From an uncultured delta proteobacterium (GTDB taxonomy: Bacteria; Myxococcota_A; Polyangia; Polyangiales; Polyangiaceae): a stretch of 64,000 nt of DNA. The stretch is from assembly GCA_963716725.1 (NCBI GenBank), contig CAVQUB010000013.1, positions 384,001-448,000 of the forward strand, read 5' to 3'. Made by a program: the position numbers and the translations under genes. Below the pieces are notes generated by a model. It saw nothing but the letters and a program-made list of their open reading frames with translations. It made no database searches and was not told the origin of the DNA. This document shows positions 9,826 to 20,800 of this stretch, in pieces (within the stretch, counting starts at the first letter, position 1; each line of letters starts with the position of its first letter).

Positions 9826-10911
9826 ATGCGTCTTCACACTCTCGCCCTCACGGCCGGGTTGGCCCTTGCCGGTTGCGCGCTCGACTCCGAGCCCGACCTC
9901 AGCCCGGAGCCGTCGACCGGGGGAGCAGCGGGCGCGGCCGGAATCAGCGGCACGGGCAGCGCCTGGGGAAGCGGCGGGGCGGCGGGCGCGGCGGGTGCGG
10001 CCGGTTCCGGCAGCGCGGCCGGTTCCGGCGGAACGACGGCGGCGGGCGGAACGACGGGTTCCGGTGGCGCGGCCGGTTCCGGTGGCGCGGCCGGTTCCGG
10101 CGGAGCGGCGAGCTCCGGCGGAACGACGGCGGCGGGCGGGAGCGGCGGCGGGAATAGCTCTTGTCCGCGGGTGAAGGTGAGCGTTGCCGCCGGCGCGAAC
10201 CTCAATGTGCGACCGACGCCATCGACCAAGCAAGCGGCGGTGGGCGAGCTCGCGAACGGCGACATCGTGGACCTGCTCGATCAGGTCAAGGGCGAGCCCG
10301 TGAGCGGCAACGATCTCTGGTTCCAGATCTCCGCGCCCAGCGTGAAGGGCTACATCTCTAGCACCTTCGCCAGCTGTACCCTCGAGAAGCCACCCGTGAT
10401 CACTGCGCCGGACGGCTACTACTTGCCGCTCGCTTGCGGCAAGTCTGCGAAGATCGCCCAGGGCAACAACGGCGGCTTCAGCCACCAAGGCAAGAGCTAC
10501 TACGCCTACGACTTCGCCATCAGCCTCAACACGCCGATGGTGGCCATGGCGGACGGCGTCGTGAAATACCGCTACGACAAGACCGGGCCGGGCGACCCTT
10601 GCTACAACGGCGGCAGCTCGTCGTGCTACCCCTACGCGAACTACGTCGTGCTCAAGCACGGCGACGGCAAGCTCACCACCTACAAACATCTGAACCAGGT
10701 GAAAGTCACGCTGGGGCAGAAGGTGAAGCGGGGTGCGGTGATTGGGCTGTCCGGTTCGACGGGTTATTCCACGGGTCCGCACGCCCACGTGATGCGCATG
10801 GACGACTGCGGGCAGTACTCGTGTCAGTCGATCCCGCTGAAGTTCGTCGACGTCAGCGGCGACCACATGCCGAACACCGGGCAGGTGGTGAAGAGCGGCA
10901 ACTGCCCCTAG
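9826..10911 (+). CDS. Lipoprotein with SH3b domain and M23 metallopeptidase domain (peptidoglycan hydrolase)
   Basis: Lipobox LAG-C; Gly/Ser/Ala linker; LNVRPTPST...W..I...GYISS (SH3b); H...AYDF, YKHL, GSTGYSTGPHAH (M23). Confidence 0.9.
   Translation: MRLHTLALTAGLALAGCALDSEPDLSPEPSTGGAAGAAGISGTGSAWGSGGAAGAAGAAGSGSAAGSGGTTAAGGTTGSGGAAGSGGAAGSGGAASSGGTTAAGGSGGGNSSCPRVKVSVAAGANLNVRPTPSTKQAAVGELANGDIVDLLDQVKGEPVSGNDLWFQISAPSVKGYISSTFASCTLEKPPVITAPDGYYLPLACGKSAKIAQGNNGGFSHQGKSYYAYDFAISLNTPMVAMADGVVKYRYDKTGPGDPCYNGGSSSCYPYANYVVLKHGDGKLTTYKHLNQVKVTLGQKVKRGAVIGLSGSTGYSTGPHAHVMRMDDCGQYSCQSIPLKFVDVSGDHMPNTGQVVKSGNCP
9996..10146 (+). repeat. Imperfect 18-bp tandem repeats encoding the (G/A)AAGSG linker
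   Basis: GCGGCCGGTTCCGG(T/C)GG(C/A) and GGCGGAACGACGGCGGCG units repeated. Confidence 0.7.
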
Positions 10912-10919
10912 CCCGACCG

Positions 10920-12740
10920 CTACCGCACTACGAACGCGAAGGGCAGGGTCGCCAGCGCCGTCTCGTCTTGCATGAGCGGCGCGAGCGCGGAGACGAAGGG
11001 GCGCAGGTCGCTCGCGACGGCGCGCGTGAGAGGGGCCCTCGCGCGAGTCACGCGCTCGACAGCCTGCTGGACCGCATTGGCTTCGGCGCTCTCGCCCAAG
11101 AGCAGCGACTCGATCAGACTCTCGTCCCGCCCCACGACAACGACGGGCGCGCGTTCGTCGAGCTTGCCGAGATCGCGCGCGACCGCAAGCGCACGCGACA
11201 GCCCGCCGAGTTCGTCCACCAGCTTCTTCTCGAACCCCTGCCGTCCGCTCCAAATGCGGCCCTCGGCTGCGGTCCGGACGGTGTCGATGGGAAGATTGCG
11301 GCTCTCGGCCACACGCTCGAGAAAGAGCTGGTAGATCTCCTCCATCTGCTTCTTCACGCGCTGGCGGGTTGGGTCGTCCCACTTGGCCAAGGCCGAGAGG
11401 TACGCGGCGCGGGACCCAGCTCCCGGCTCGGGGCTCGCGGGAAAGGTCACGGTGTTGACTCCGTATTCGGCCAGCGCTTCGTTCAGGACTATCTTGCCGC
11501 CAAACACGCCGATGCTGCCCACGATGCTGGTGGGCTCCGCGATCACGCGATCGGCAGCGCAGGCCAAATAGTAACCGCCGCTGGCGGCCATCTCGCCCAC
11601 CGAGGCGACGATGGGCTTCTTCTTCTTGAGTTCGCGCAGCTCGTACCAGATCAGATCGCTGGCGAGTGCCGAGCCGCCCGGCGAGTCGATGCGCAGCACG
11701 ACCACCTTGACGGAGTCGTCCTTTGCCAGCTTGCGCAAGGTCTTGGTCAGCGCCTTGGCGGTGATGCCCCCGCCGTCGAGCAGCCCTCCTGGCGCCATGC
11801 TGATGGCGCCTTCGGCCGGCACCACGGCGATGTGCGGGCGCCCCGCGGCGTTGTCGTCCGCCCCCGACAGGATACGAATGAGCTCGCCGATATCCGGTCC
11901 CTCGGAGGGCTGGCTCTTGGCTCCGAAACCCGTCGTCACGCGCTCCGCCGACGCTCGCCGCTTGGCGTCTTCCAATGCCTGGGATTCGTAGCCCAGCTCG
12001 TCCACCAGGCCACGTTCCTTGGCCTCGCGCGGTGACCATGGCCCGGTCTCCATATCCGCGCGGGCCGAGCGTCCACGCTTGGCGGCCTCGACGCCGTCGA
12101 GCCACGTCGTGCGAATCGACGCCAGGGTCTCGGTGAGCGCCAGTCTCGCCTCGTCACTCGGTCCGTCGCGCGTCAGCGGCTCGGAACCGCTCTTGAATTT
12201 GCCCGCGTGCAGGAAGTCGGCGCTGATCTTCAGCTTGTCGAGCGCCGACTTGAAATACACGGCCTGGCCGGCGATGCCGACCGTGGCGACTTCACCGGCC
12301 GGCGACAGCCAGATCCGGTCGCAGCCCGCCAGCGCGACCCAGGCGCCGGCGTTGTCGAGCCCGTGGGCGTGACAGACCACCGGCTTGCCCTGTTGCCGAA
12401 TCCCAGCCAGCAGAGTCGCGAGCTCATGCGCCCTCGCGAACCCCACGGAGCGTTCTCCCAAACGCACGAACACGCCCTTCGCGTCCTGGTCGTCCCGCAC
12501 GCGCTCGAGAGCTCGTACCAGGCCCACGTAGGTGCGCGCGGCCGGGAGCGGCAGGAAGCCGCCCTCGGTGGACTCGGGAGCTCCCCGCGACAGGTCGATC
12601 TCGACGACTTTGGCGCCGGCCTTTGCGAACAGCGACGACGACGCTCGCTTGCCGACGGTGCCGGTCCAGCTGCGCGGACGGCCTTCGCACGAAAGTGCCA
12701 CGCTCGCGCAGAGCACCAGCGAAAGCGCGGCGCGCTTCAC
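10920..12740 (-). CDS. sppA: Signal peptide peptidase SppA (long S49 form)
   Basis: GKFKSGSEP, LRIDSPGGSALASD, MAASGGYY, SIVGSIGV, AEGRIWSG, LVDELGG; GTG overlaps the upstream stop (GTGA). Confidence 0.9.
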   Translation of the reverse strand: MKRAALSLVLCASVALSCEGRPRSWTGTVGKRASSSLFAKAGAKVVEIDLSRGAPESTEGGFLPLPAARTYVGLVRALERVRDDQDAKGVFVRLGERSVGFARAHELATLLAGIRQQGKPVVCHAHGLDNAGAWVALAGCDRIWLSPAGEVATVGIAGQAVYFKSALDKLKISADFLHAGKFKSGSEPLTRDGPSDEARLALTETLASIRTTWLDGVEAAKRGRSARADMETGPWSPREAKERGLVDELGYESQALEDAKRRASAERVTTGFGAKSQPSEGPDIGELIRILSGADDNAAGRPHIAVVPAEGAISMAPGGLLDGGGITAKALTKTLRKLAKDDSVKVVVLRIDSPGGSALASDLIWYELRELKKKKPIVASVGEMAASGGYYLACAADRVIAEPTSIVGSIGVFGGKIVLNEALAEYGVNTVTFPASPEPGAGSRAAYLSALAKWDDPTRQRVKKQMEEIYQLFLERVAESRNLPIDTVRTAAEGRIWSGRQGFEKKLVDELGGLSRALAVARDLGKLDERAPVVVVGRDESLIESLLLGESAEANAVQQAVERVTRARAPLTRAVASDLRPFVSALAPLMQDETALATLPFAFVVR

Positions 12741-14869
12741 GGATTGACCCCCGGCAGATCCGTGGTGTCGACGTGGGGCTTCTCTTCCGGTGGCTTCGCC
12801 GCCGCGGCATCCGTCGCCTTCTCGGGCGGCTTGTCCGGTGGCTTTTCTGAGCCCGAGGGCGGAGGTGAGGGCGCGGTTTCGCCCTGACCGATGCGTTGTG
12901 CGGCGTGCTGCCCGTAGCTCGAACCCGCGCCAGCCTGCTCCAGCACCCGGCGATAGAGCGTGAGCGCACCCTTGCGGTCTCCCGATTCCCATTTCTGATC
13001 CGCGCGGGCCACCAACGCGGGCAGGTAGCTCGGGTTCTCTTTGAGGACCTTGTCGTACATTTTAGCCGCTGCTTCGGGGTCCTTCTTGGCCTTGGCAACG
13101 TCGGCTAGGCCGGCCATCGCCTCGGTGTTGTTTGGCTCATTGGCGAGCACCTCGTTGTAGAGTTGCTCGGCGCGATCGTAGTTGCCCGCCTTGTAGGCCG
13201 AAGCCGCCTGCTGAAGCTTCGCTCGGAAGTCGTTGGTCCCCTTCGGCACCAAGTCGTCGTCGACGGCTCCCCTGCCGGACGTGTCGAGCAGGGGTAGCGT
13301 CGCCGGATCGACTGCGGCAACTTCGGCGCCTCCGTCCACCCCCGCATCTCCCAGCCCGAGGTGCCGTTTGACGAAGTGCGCGAGGTCTTCGTAGAGGGGG
13401 TGCCCCGCGGCGCGCTCCCGTTGCTTCTCCAACTCGCTCTGCGCTTGCTCTGCCTGTCCGGCGCGAACCAGCGCGTAGATCAGCGCTGAACGCGCCCGGC
13501 CCAAGGCACGCTCGGCTTGTGCTGCGCTCCGCAGGCGATCCACCACGCTGCCCCACACAGGCTGGGACTCCGCGAGATCGAGCGCCGCGAGCACATACGC
13601 ATTTTCGCCCGTGGGGCTCGACGCCAGCGGCTTCACCAGAGCACGCGCTGCTTGGAGATCTCCGGCGAGCCGTAGGATGTCCACACGCGACCGCAAGACG
13701 GCGGGGTTGTCGGAAGCCACCGCCACGGCACGGTCGATGGCTTCTTGGGCCTTGCCGACTCGAGCACCGAGCTGCCGGTGAGTCGCCTGCACGAGTTGCT
13801 TGTCGGCGGGGTCGAGCAAACGCAGCCGCAACCAGAGCATGTCGGCTCGCATGGCTTCGAGTCGGGCCAGAGCCGCGAGAACCGTGGCTTCCTTGTCAGC
13901 GAGGACCGAGGCCTTGTCGAGTTCGCCTCGGGCGCCCTCGAAATCACCTTCTTCGAGCTTGCGCTCGGCCTCGAGCAAGAAGCCCGCGACGCGTGCGTCG
14001 GCGCTCGCTGCCGTCGCGGGTGCGGACTTTCGATACTGCTCGAGATAGCGGCGCCCCACCGTGGCGGCGAGCAGCACCGCAACACCCGCCAAGACCAGGG
14101 CCGCGATCCAGCGCGAGCGGAGGCGTCGGGAGTGCGGCTCCGGGAGGTACAGCGACGCTTGCTCCGACCGATAGCTGCCGGCGCGCACGTCACTGGGAGT
14201 CGGCGAGTAGTCGAGGTCCGGCACCGACTCGCGGATCGTGACCTGCTTCGGGGCGGCGGACCCGGCCACGCGGGCCGGCAGCTGGTTGCGCGGCAAGGTG
14301 GGCGGCTCGGCCTCTTGACTGCTGGCTGGGGCTTCGTCGACCAGCATCGTCCCGCCCGACATCACCCGGCGGTCGGCAGTCGGGACATCAGCGGAGGTCT
14401 GGGTCGGTGCCTCGGTGTCCGCGATGTTAGGTGGCAAGACTGGCGGCGGCGGCAGCGCCGCACCGGGCAGCGGTCCGGCGTAGGAGCCAGCGGCGGGTGG
14501 CGCGACGCCTGCCAAGGTTCGCGCTTGCGCGGGCGCGCGCAGACTCGCCCCGGCGCGCCCGTGGAAGAACGGCTCGAGCTCCGCGATGGCTCCCAGCGGG
14601 CGCGGGGGCTGACCGCCGCGGGCGAGCAGGTCTTCGGGCCCGACTTGGCGCTGAGCGATGCCTCGCTGCATCTCGCGCAGCGAGGTGTAGACCAGCTCAC
14701 GCCCACTCGCGGTGCGCACCACCCAGCGCTCGGGCACCGCCTGCTCGCGGGTCGAGTGCACCTTGAATTGGAAGCCACAATTGGTGCACTTGACCGTGGT
14801 CCCACGATCTGAGACCAGCGCGTCGTCGAACTCGTATTCAGTTCCGCAACGACCGCAGCGGACGTCCAT
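12737..14869 (-). CDS. MJ0042-type Zn-ribbon / GYF-like / TM / TPR protein
   Basis: MDVRCGRCGTEY...VKCTNCGFQFKV; GYF_2-like segment ending LEPFF; Pro-rich linker; single TM; TPR helices at C-terminus. Confidence 0.85.
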   Translation of the reverse strand: MDVRCGRCGTEYEFDDALVSDRGTTVKCTNCGFQFKVHSTREQAVPERWVVRTASGRELVYTSLREMQRGIAQRQVGPEDLLARGGQPPRPLGAIAELEPFFHGRAGASLRAPAQARTLAGVAPPAAGSYAGPLPGAALPPPPVLPPNIADTEAPTQTSADVPTADRRVMSGGTMLVDEAPASSQEAEPPTLPRNQLPARVAGSAAPKQVTIRESVPDLDYSPTPSDVRAGSYRSEQASLYLPEPHSRRLRSRWIAALVLAGVAVLLAATVGRRYLEQYRKSAPATAASADARVAGFLLEAERKLEEGDFEGARGELDKASVLADKEATVLAALARLEAMRADMLWLRLRLLDPADKQLVQATHRQLGARVGKAQEAIDRAVAVASDNPAVLRSRVDILRLAGDLQAARALVKPLASSPTGENAYVLAALDLAESQPVWGSVVDRLRSAAQAERALGRARSALIYALVRAGQAEQAQSELEKQRERAAGHPLYEDLAHFVKRHLGLGDAGVDGGAEVAAVDPATLPLLDTSGRGAVDDDLVPKGTNDFRAKLQQAASAYKAGNYDRAEQLYNEVLANEPNNTEAMAGLADVAKAKKDPEAAAKMYDKVLKENPSYLPALVARADQKWESGDRKGALTLYRRVLEQAGAGSSYGQHAAQRIGQGETAPSPPPSGSEKPPDKPPEKATDAAAAKPPEEKPHVDTTDLPGVNP

Positions 14870-15034
14870 CGAAGTGCCTCGGAAAAACGGCAAAATACTT
14901 AGCATGGGGGCCGGGGTTCGGGGGACTTTCGGACGGCGCACGTGCCGCCGGCTCAACGCCCGCTTGTCTGGCGCACGGCAGTTGCTAGGCTGGGCACACG
15001 ATTCGGCTCGAAAAGCCGTGCGAGAGGCTTGTTC

Positions 15035-15550
15035 ATGAAGCATGCGCTGCTCTTTGGACTGTCGCTGGTGGGCGCAGCGTTGGTCCCCGGCTGCCCCATC
15101 TATCCGGAAGAACGCCTGTTCTGTGAGTCGAGTCTGGACTGCCCGAGCGGCTACGCTTGTGACCCGGGATCGGGGTACTGCGTCATTCCGAGCGGAACCG
15201 GCGGTTCCACCGGGAAGAGCTGCGACGCGCCCAAAGACTGCGGGTTCAACCAGACCTGTAGCTCGAAAGGCGTCTGCAAGACCGGGGACTGCTCGTTCCA
15301 CGGCTGCGTGGGCGGATACACCTGCGCGGTCGATCAGGGCACTTGGACCTGCGTCTCGGGAAGCGGCGGCACGGGCGGGAACGACGCGGGAGCCGACGCC
15401 AGCAACGACGCCGCCGCGGATTCGGCGTCGGGAGGCGCGGGCGGAAGCGCCGGCGCAGGCGGGTCAGCCGGGAGCGGTGGCGCCGGAGGAACTGGCGGGA
15501 GCGCCGGCGCACCGGCGGGCGGCACGTCGGGCGACGCCGCGCCGGACTGA
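15035..15550 (+). CDS. Small Cys-rich lipoprotein with Gly-rich tail
   Basis: Lipobox VPG-C; C..S.DCPSGYAC...C repeats. Confidence 0.8.
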   Translation: MKHALLFGLSLVGAALVPGCPIYPEERLFCESSLDCPSGYACDPGSGYCVIPSGTGGSTGKSCDAPKDCGFNQTCSSKGVCKTGDCSFHGCVGGYTCAVDQGTWTCVSGSGGTGGNDAGADASNDAAADSASGGAGGSAGAGGSAGSGGAGGTGGSAGAPAGGTSGDAAPD

Positions 15551-15552
15551 GA

Positions 15553-16260
15553 TCACTTCACGACGCGCAGCCACGGGGGCAGCGGCTTCTTTCCTCGGGC
15601 TGCCGGCGGCTCGGGCGTCACGGGCCCGGGAGCGCCTTCGCTGCTGCTCTCAGCCGCGCCGGGCGCAGGCTCAGGGTCCGTCGCGACCTCCGCGAGCAGA
15701 GGTGCTGCCACGACACGAGCTGCCTCGGACAGCGCAGGCGCAGCGTCGGCGGGCTCGGGCGCAGCGTCGGCGGGCTCGGGCGCAGCGTCGGCGGGCTCGG
15801 GCGCAGCGTCGGCGGGCTCGGGCGCAGTGTCGGCGGGCTCGGGCGCAGCTGCAGCGGGGACTGCCCGCAAATGAGCGCGCTTCGCCGCCTTCTCTTCGAC
15901 CACCGCGGCGGCCTTCGCGGCCTGGGCCGCTACCTCTGGCGGAATGTCATCGGGCCACACCATGGCGCGCCCATCCGACCCGACCAACGCGTAGATGCTC
16001 TTCCACGGCAAGAAGCAGAAGAAGGGCGAACGATTGAAGCTCAACGTGCACGTGATGCTGTCGTCGTTGACTTCCAGATCACGAATGGGCACCGGCATGT
16101 TGAGCCCGATCTGGAGCACCAGCTGGGCTTGCTTCTTGAACCACTGAGGAACGCGCACCTCGTCGGGCCGCGGATCGATGTGGACGAAGACGTCACTCTG
16201 CTCGAGTAGAGCGATTGCGACATCTTTCTTCGCGGGGAGGCGCTGCTCGTCGGGACCCAT
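15553..16260 (-). CDS. sspB: ClpXP specificity-enhancing factor SspB-like protein
   Basis: VFVHIDPR..VRVP, IRDLEV, LSFNRSPFFCFLPW.SIYAL; C-terminal ClpX-binding-like LRVVK. Confidence 0.82.
   Translation of the reverse strand: MGPDEQRLPAKKDVAIALLEQSDVFVHIDPRPDEVRVPQWFKKQAQLVLQIGLNMPVPIRDLEVNDDSITCTLSFNRSPFFCFLPWKSIYALVGSDGRAMVWPDDIPPEVAAQAAKAAAVVEEKAAKRAHLRAVPAAAAPEPADTAPEPADAAPEPADAAPEPADAAPEPADAAPALSEAARVVAAPLLAEVATDPEPAPGAAESSSEGAPGPVTPEPPAARGKKPLPPWLRVVK
15738..15849. repeat. 21-bp VNTR, 5 full copies plus a partial copy, encoding APEPADA
   Basis: GCGCAGCGTCGGCGGGCTCGG at 15738, 15759, 15780, 15801, 15822 (one substitution in the last). Confidence 0.95.
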
Positions 16261-16338
16261 CGCCCGAGGCAAATACCCTCAGGCGGGGATGAACGCCAGC
16301 AGAACACCCTCGACCTCCGACCGGACCCGACGGTTTTT

Positions 16339-17767
16339 TGCGGGGAAAGCCAGATCGACACCGGCGGAGGCGTCGGCGGCAGCGGGGGCACTTCGGGGGC
16401 CGGCGGCGTCGCGGGCAGCGGCGGCGGCGCGGGCAGCGGCGGCGGCGGAGGAAGCGGTGGAACCAGCGGGGGCACCGGCGGCACCGGCGGCACCGGCAGC
16501 ACCGGCGGCGTCACCACCCCGCCGGCGACGCTGACCAAGGGCGCGCCCGTCATCGAGACCAACGGAGTGATCGTGCCGGGCCTCATTGACCCGCACAAAC
16601 CACGGACTCTTCAACATCTTCGACGAGACGGACTGGACGCCGAAGAAGCTCTACACGAACCACAACCACTGGGCGGACAAGAACAACGAGCCGCGCTACT
16701 CCCAGATGGTCGACGCGAAGCAGTCGCTCGAGTCGGCGGCGGGGGCCAACGTGGCCTGCGAGATGGACAAGTTCGGCGAGACCAAGGCTCTGATCGCGGG
16801 CACCACCTCGTTCTTGGTGGCGGCGACCTCACGCAAGTGCTTCAGCTCCTTAGTCCGCACGGTCGACACGAAGTACAACAACATCGAGAGCCCGCCGATT
16901 GACCCCGTTCGCACGTCGATCGCAGTACCGTCGGGCGGGGACGCCACCACGGTGTGCAACGCCATCACCGCGGGCGATACCTACGTCGTGCACGTGGCCG
17001 AGGGCACCGACGGGCCAGCACTGAACGAGTTCACGACGCTATCGAACGGCGCGAGCGGCTGCCTCATCAACAGCCACGTGACCGTCGTGCACGGCACCGC
17101 CCTGACCGCGACGCAGTTCCAAACCATGGGCACTGCCAACATGGGCCTGGTCTGGTCGCCGAAGTCCAACATGTTCTTGTACAACGCGACCACGAACATC
17201 CCTGCCGCTATCGCCGCGGGCGTGAAGAAGATCGCGCTGGGTCCAGACTGGGCGCTGGGCGGCAGCGTGAACATGCTCGACGAGCTTCGCTTCGCCGACG
17301 CTCACGACAACGCCAACTGGGGCAACATCCTCAGCACCAAGAAGATCGTGGAGATGGGCAGCATCGAGGGCGCCCGGGTGCTCGGCCTGGAGAAATACAT
17401 CGGCTCCCTCGAGGTCGCCAAGCGCGCCGATCTGTTCGTGGTGCCTGGCAACACCAGCAACGCCTACGAGGCGGTCTTGGCGGCAACTCCCACCACGGTA
17501 CGCATCACCATGGTGGACGGCCGCGTGCTCTACGGTGACAAGGCGCTGCAGGCCGCCGGCCCGGCGAACCCCGGGTGCGAGCCGCTGCCGGTGTGCGGAG
17601 TCGACAAGTTCCTGTGCGCAGCGGAGACGACCACCACGGACAAGCTGAACCAGACCTACGCGCAGTATCACGCGGCGCTGGCCAGCGCGACCAAGACCTA
17701 CGACGACACCGTGGCGCCCGCCGGCGGGCCGTTCTCGCCGATCACGTCACTGACCAAGTGCCCGTAG
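16339..17767 (+). pseudogene. Amidohydrolase-family lipoprotein, disrupted (no start/signal peptide, apparent internal deletion, +1 frameshift)
   Basis: PGLIDPH|NHGLFN split by an extra A near 16597-16600; HVAEG, VVHG, WSPKSN, ALGPDW and GSLEVAKRADL intact downstream. Confidence 0.75.
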
Positions 17768-17881
17768 ACCGCGCGCAGCGAAGAGACCGACGACCGAGTC
17801 CGGCGGCGCGCCCCAATCCGACCGAGGCCGCTTCAGAACGCCGCCCTCGCAGCCCAGGGCAAAACGCCATAGCATCGGAGG

Positions 17882-20800
17882 ATGCGAAGCTTCTGTCTAG
17901 GGCTCGGGTCAGTCACGTTCGGCCTCTGCGCGCTGATCGCCTGCGGCGGCGATCCGGAGTTCACGAGCAACCCGGCCACCGGTGGCGCGACGACCGGCGG
18001 CGTTGCGGGCACGAGCGGCAACGGAAGCAGCGGCGCTAGCGGCGGCAGCGGTGGACTCGTGCTCGATGGGGGCGGCGGCGATGCCCCCGCCGATGCCGAC
18101 GCCTGCGCAACGATCAGCTGTCCGAACGACCAGCACTGCGATCCCACCACGGGCGCCTGCGTGCCCAACGACTGCACGGCGCTCGGCTGCAAGGCCACGG
18201 AGATCTGCATCACCACCGATGGCGGTGCCTATTGCAAAGACAACTCGTGCACCGGCGACGTGGAGTGTCCCGCAGACCAGTACTGCAACGGCACCGTCTG
18301 TGTGATCGACGTCTGCGCCCCAGGAGACGAGAAATGCCAGGGGCAGGAGCTCTTGGTCTGCAAACCCAACGGCAGCGGCTCGGACAAGAAAGTCTCGTGC
18401 GGCGGAGGGTCACCCTATTTCCAGAGCAAGTGCCAAGACGGCGGCACCGGCAAGGCCGACTGCCCCTGCGAAGACGACTGGGATTGTCCGAACTTCACCG
18501 AGTGCGTCGCGGGGACCTGCGAGGGCACGGGCGTCGCGCCCACCTGCTCGTTGCCGCCCGAGCCGTTCAAGAACGTGCTGCCCGCCAACGAGATCAGCTG
18601 GGGCGGCACCTTCGCCAACCCCAAGGCCGTGGGCAGCCCCTTCCCGGACTCCACGCAGGTGGTGATGACCCCGCTGGTGGTGAACCTGGACGACGACACC
18701 GGCGACGGGGTGATCGACGAGCGCGACTTCCCTGAGATCGTCTTCGCGTCGTTCTGCAATTCGGAATACACCTCGAACGGCGTGCTCCGAGCCATCCACG
18801 GCGGCGGCAAGAACAAGGGCAAGGACTTCTTCGCCAATTGCGGCGGCACCGAGTGGCACGAAGGCGATCCGGCCTTCCCCTCGTGTACCTGCGCAAGCGC
18901 CGAGCTCGACTCGACCGCAGTGCTCGCGGCCGGGGATCTCGATGGCGACGGCAAGCCGGAGATCGTCGGGCTCAGCGAGACGGACGGCATCATCATCTAC
19001 AACAACCTGGGACAGGTCCTGTCCAAGAGCGCGAACTTCAGCCTGGGAGGCGCCGACCCGGCGCCGTCCCTGGTCAACGTCGACAACGCCGGCTTCGCGG
19101 AGATCGTGATTGGCCGCAGCGTTTTTTCGCTGGAGAAGGACGCCAACGGCAAGCTGAAGATTCTGGATCGCTTCGAGGGCTCGCTGATGCACGGCACCAA
19201 TGGACAAGGCCCGGTCTCCTGCGTGGCGAACCTAGTCGGCGACTCGAAACAAGAGATCGTCGCGGGCAGCAGCGTCTACCGCATGGCCACCCCACCCGCG
19301 GGCGCGAAGAAGCGCGCCGACTGCACCGGCAGCGAGACCGGCGAAGCCAAGACTTGGTGCGACGGCAAGCTGGTCGTGGTGTGGGACGGACAGACGGTCA
19401 ACGGCGCCACCGCCCTGCCCAACGGCAACCGCGAGGGCTTCTGCGCCGTCGCCGACGTGCTTGGCGCCAATCAGACCAAGGCCCCGGGCCCCGACAGCCC
19501 CCTCGACGGAACGGCAGAGGTCATCCTCGTCTCCAACGGCCGCCTGTTGGTGCTGAACGGCCAGACCGGCAAGCTGGCGTTGAACCTCGACTCGGCCGCC
19601 GGAACCGCCGGTGGCCCGCCCAACGTCGATGATTTCGACGGCGACGGTTTCCCTGAGATCGGCACGGCCTTCGCGCTGGCCTACGTGGTCTTCGACCTCC
19701 AGGCCACCGCAGCCGAGTGCCCGGCGTGGACGGGCGTCACGGACTCGAACGCCAACAAGCCACGCACGCCGCCGAGCGCGACGTGCCAGAAGGACTCCGA
19801 CTGCGGCAACACGGCCAAGTTCTCGTGCAACGAGTCGACCAGCCAATGCGTGTGCTTGCACAACAGCTGGCGGCGACTGACCGAGGACGACTCGAGCCGG
19901 GTCACGGGCTCGAGCGTCTTCGACTTCAACGGAGATGGCGCCGCCGAGGTCATCTACAACGACGAGTGCAACTTCCGGGTCTACGACGGCTTGAACGGCG
20001 GGGAGTTCTTCAAGCAGCCCAGCGAGAGCCGAACGCGCATCGAGTACCCGGTGGTGGCCGACGTCGACAACGACGGCAACGCCGAGATCGTGTTCTCGAC
20101 CAGCACCGAGAGCGGTTTCTGCTCCGAAAACAAGGACAGCCAGTACAACGCGGGCATCGAGGTGTGGGGGGACGCCAAGGACACCTGGGTCAGCGCCCGT
20201 CGCATCTGGAACCAGCACGCCTATCACGTGACCAACGTGACCGAAGATGGCCACGTCCCCAGCTTCGAGCCCGAGAGCTGGAAGCCCTACAACGGGCGGC
20301 TCTACAACACCTATCGATCGAACCCGCGCTCCAGCGGCGTCGCGCCGGATCTGGTGGTGCAAGCGGTCCAGGTCTCGTCACCCGACGCGACCTGCGGCAA
20401 GCTCTCGAAGAAGCTCGACATCACGGTGCAGATCGCCAACATCGGCGATCTGCGCGTGGGCCCCGGAGTCGTGGTGAGCTTCCAGGGCACCTGGACCGCC
20501 GTACCGCTCACCGAGGCCCTGAAGACCGCGGCGGCCGCGCCGCTCACGGTCGTCATCGGACAGAACATCGAGCCCGGCGAGGTGATCTGGCTCAGCGCCA
20601 GCTACGACGCGGCGAACAACTCACCCGGCGTGCTGCCGGACAAGATCGCCGTCACGGTGGACGAGGGCAACGCCGAGCGCGAGTGCAACGAGACCAACAA
20701 CACGCTCTCCAAGGACGTGAGCGCCGGGGCTCAGTTGCCCGATTTGCGGGTGAAGCTCGGCGCACCGACCTGCCTCCCGGGCCCCACGCCCAAGGTTCCG

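Noticed and set aside
9823..12105. Long alternative-frame and antisense ORFs (e.g. 9823-12105, 3445-5109, 23774-25561, 50316-51686)
   Set aside because: Arg/Pro/Ala-rich shadows of motif-supported genes, expected in high-GC DNA
14968..14987. Sigma54-like GCGCACGGCAGTTGCT upstream of the small Cys-rich lipoprotein
   Set aside because: Lacks the invariant GG at the -24 spacing
15738..15849. Possible CRISPR array
   Set aside because: Units are contiguous with no unique spacers, lie in frame within sspB, and no cas genes are present
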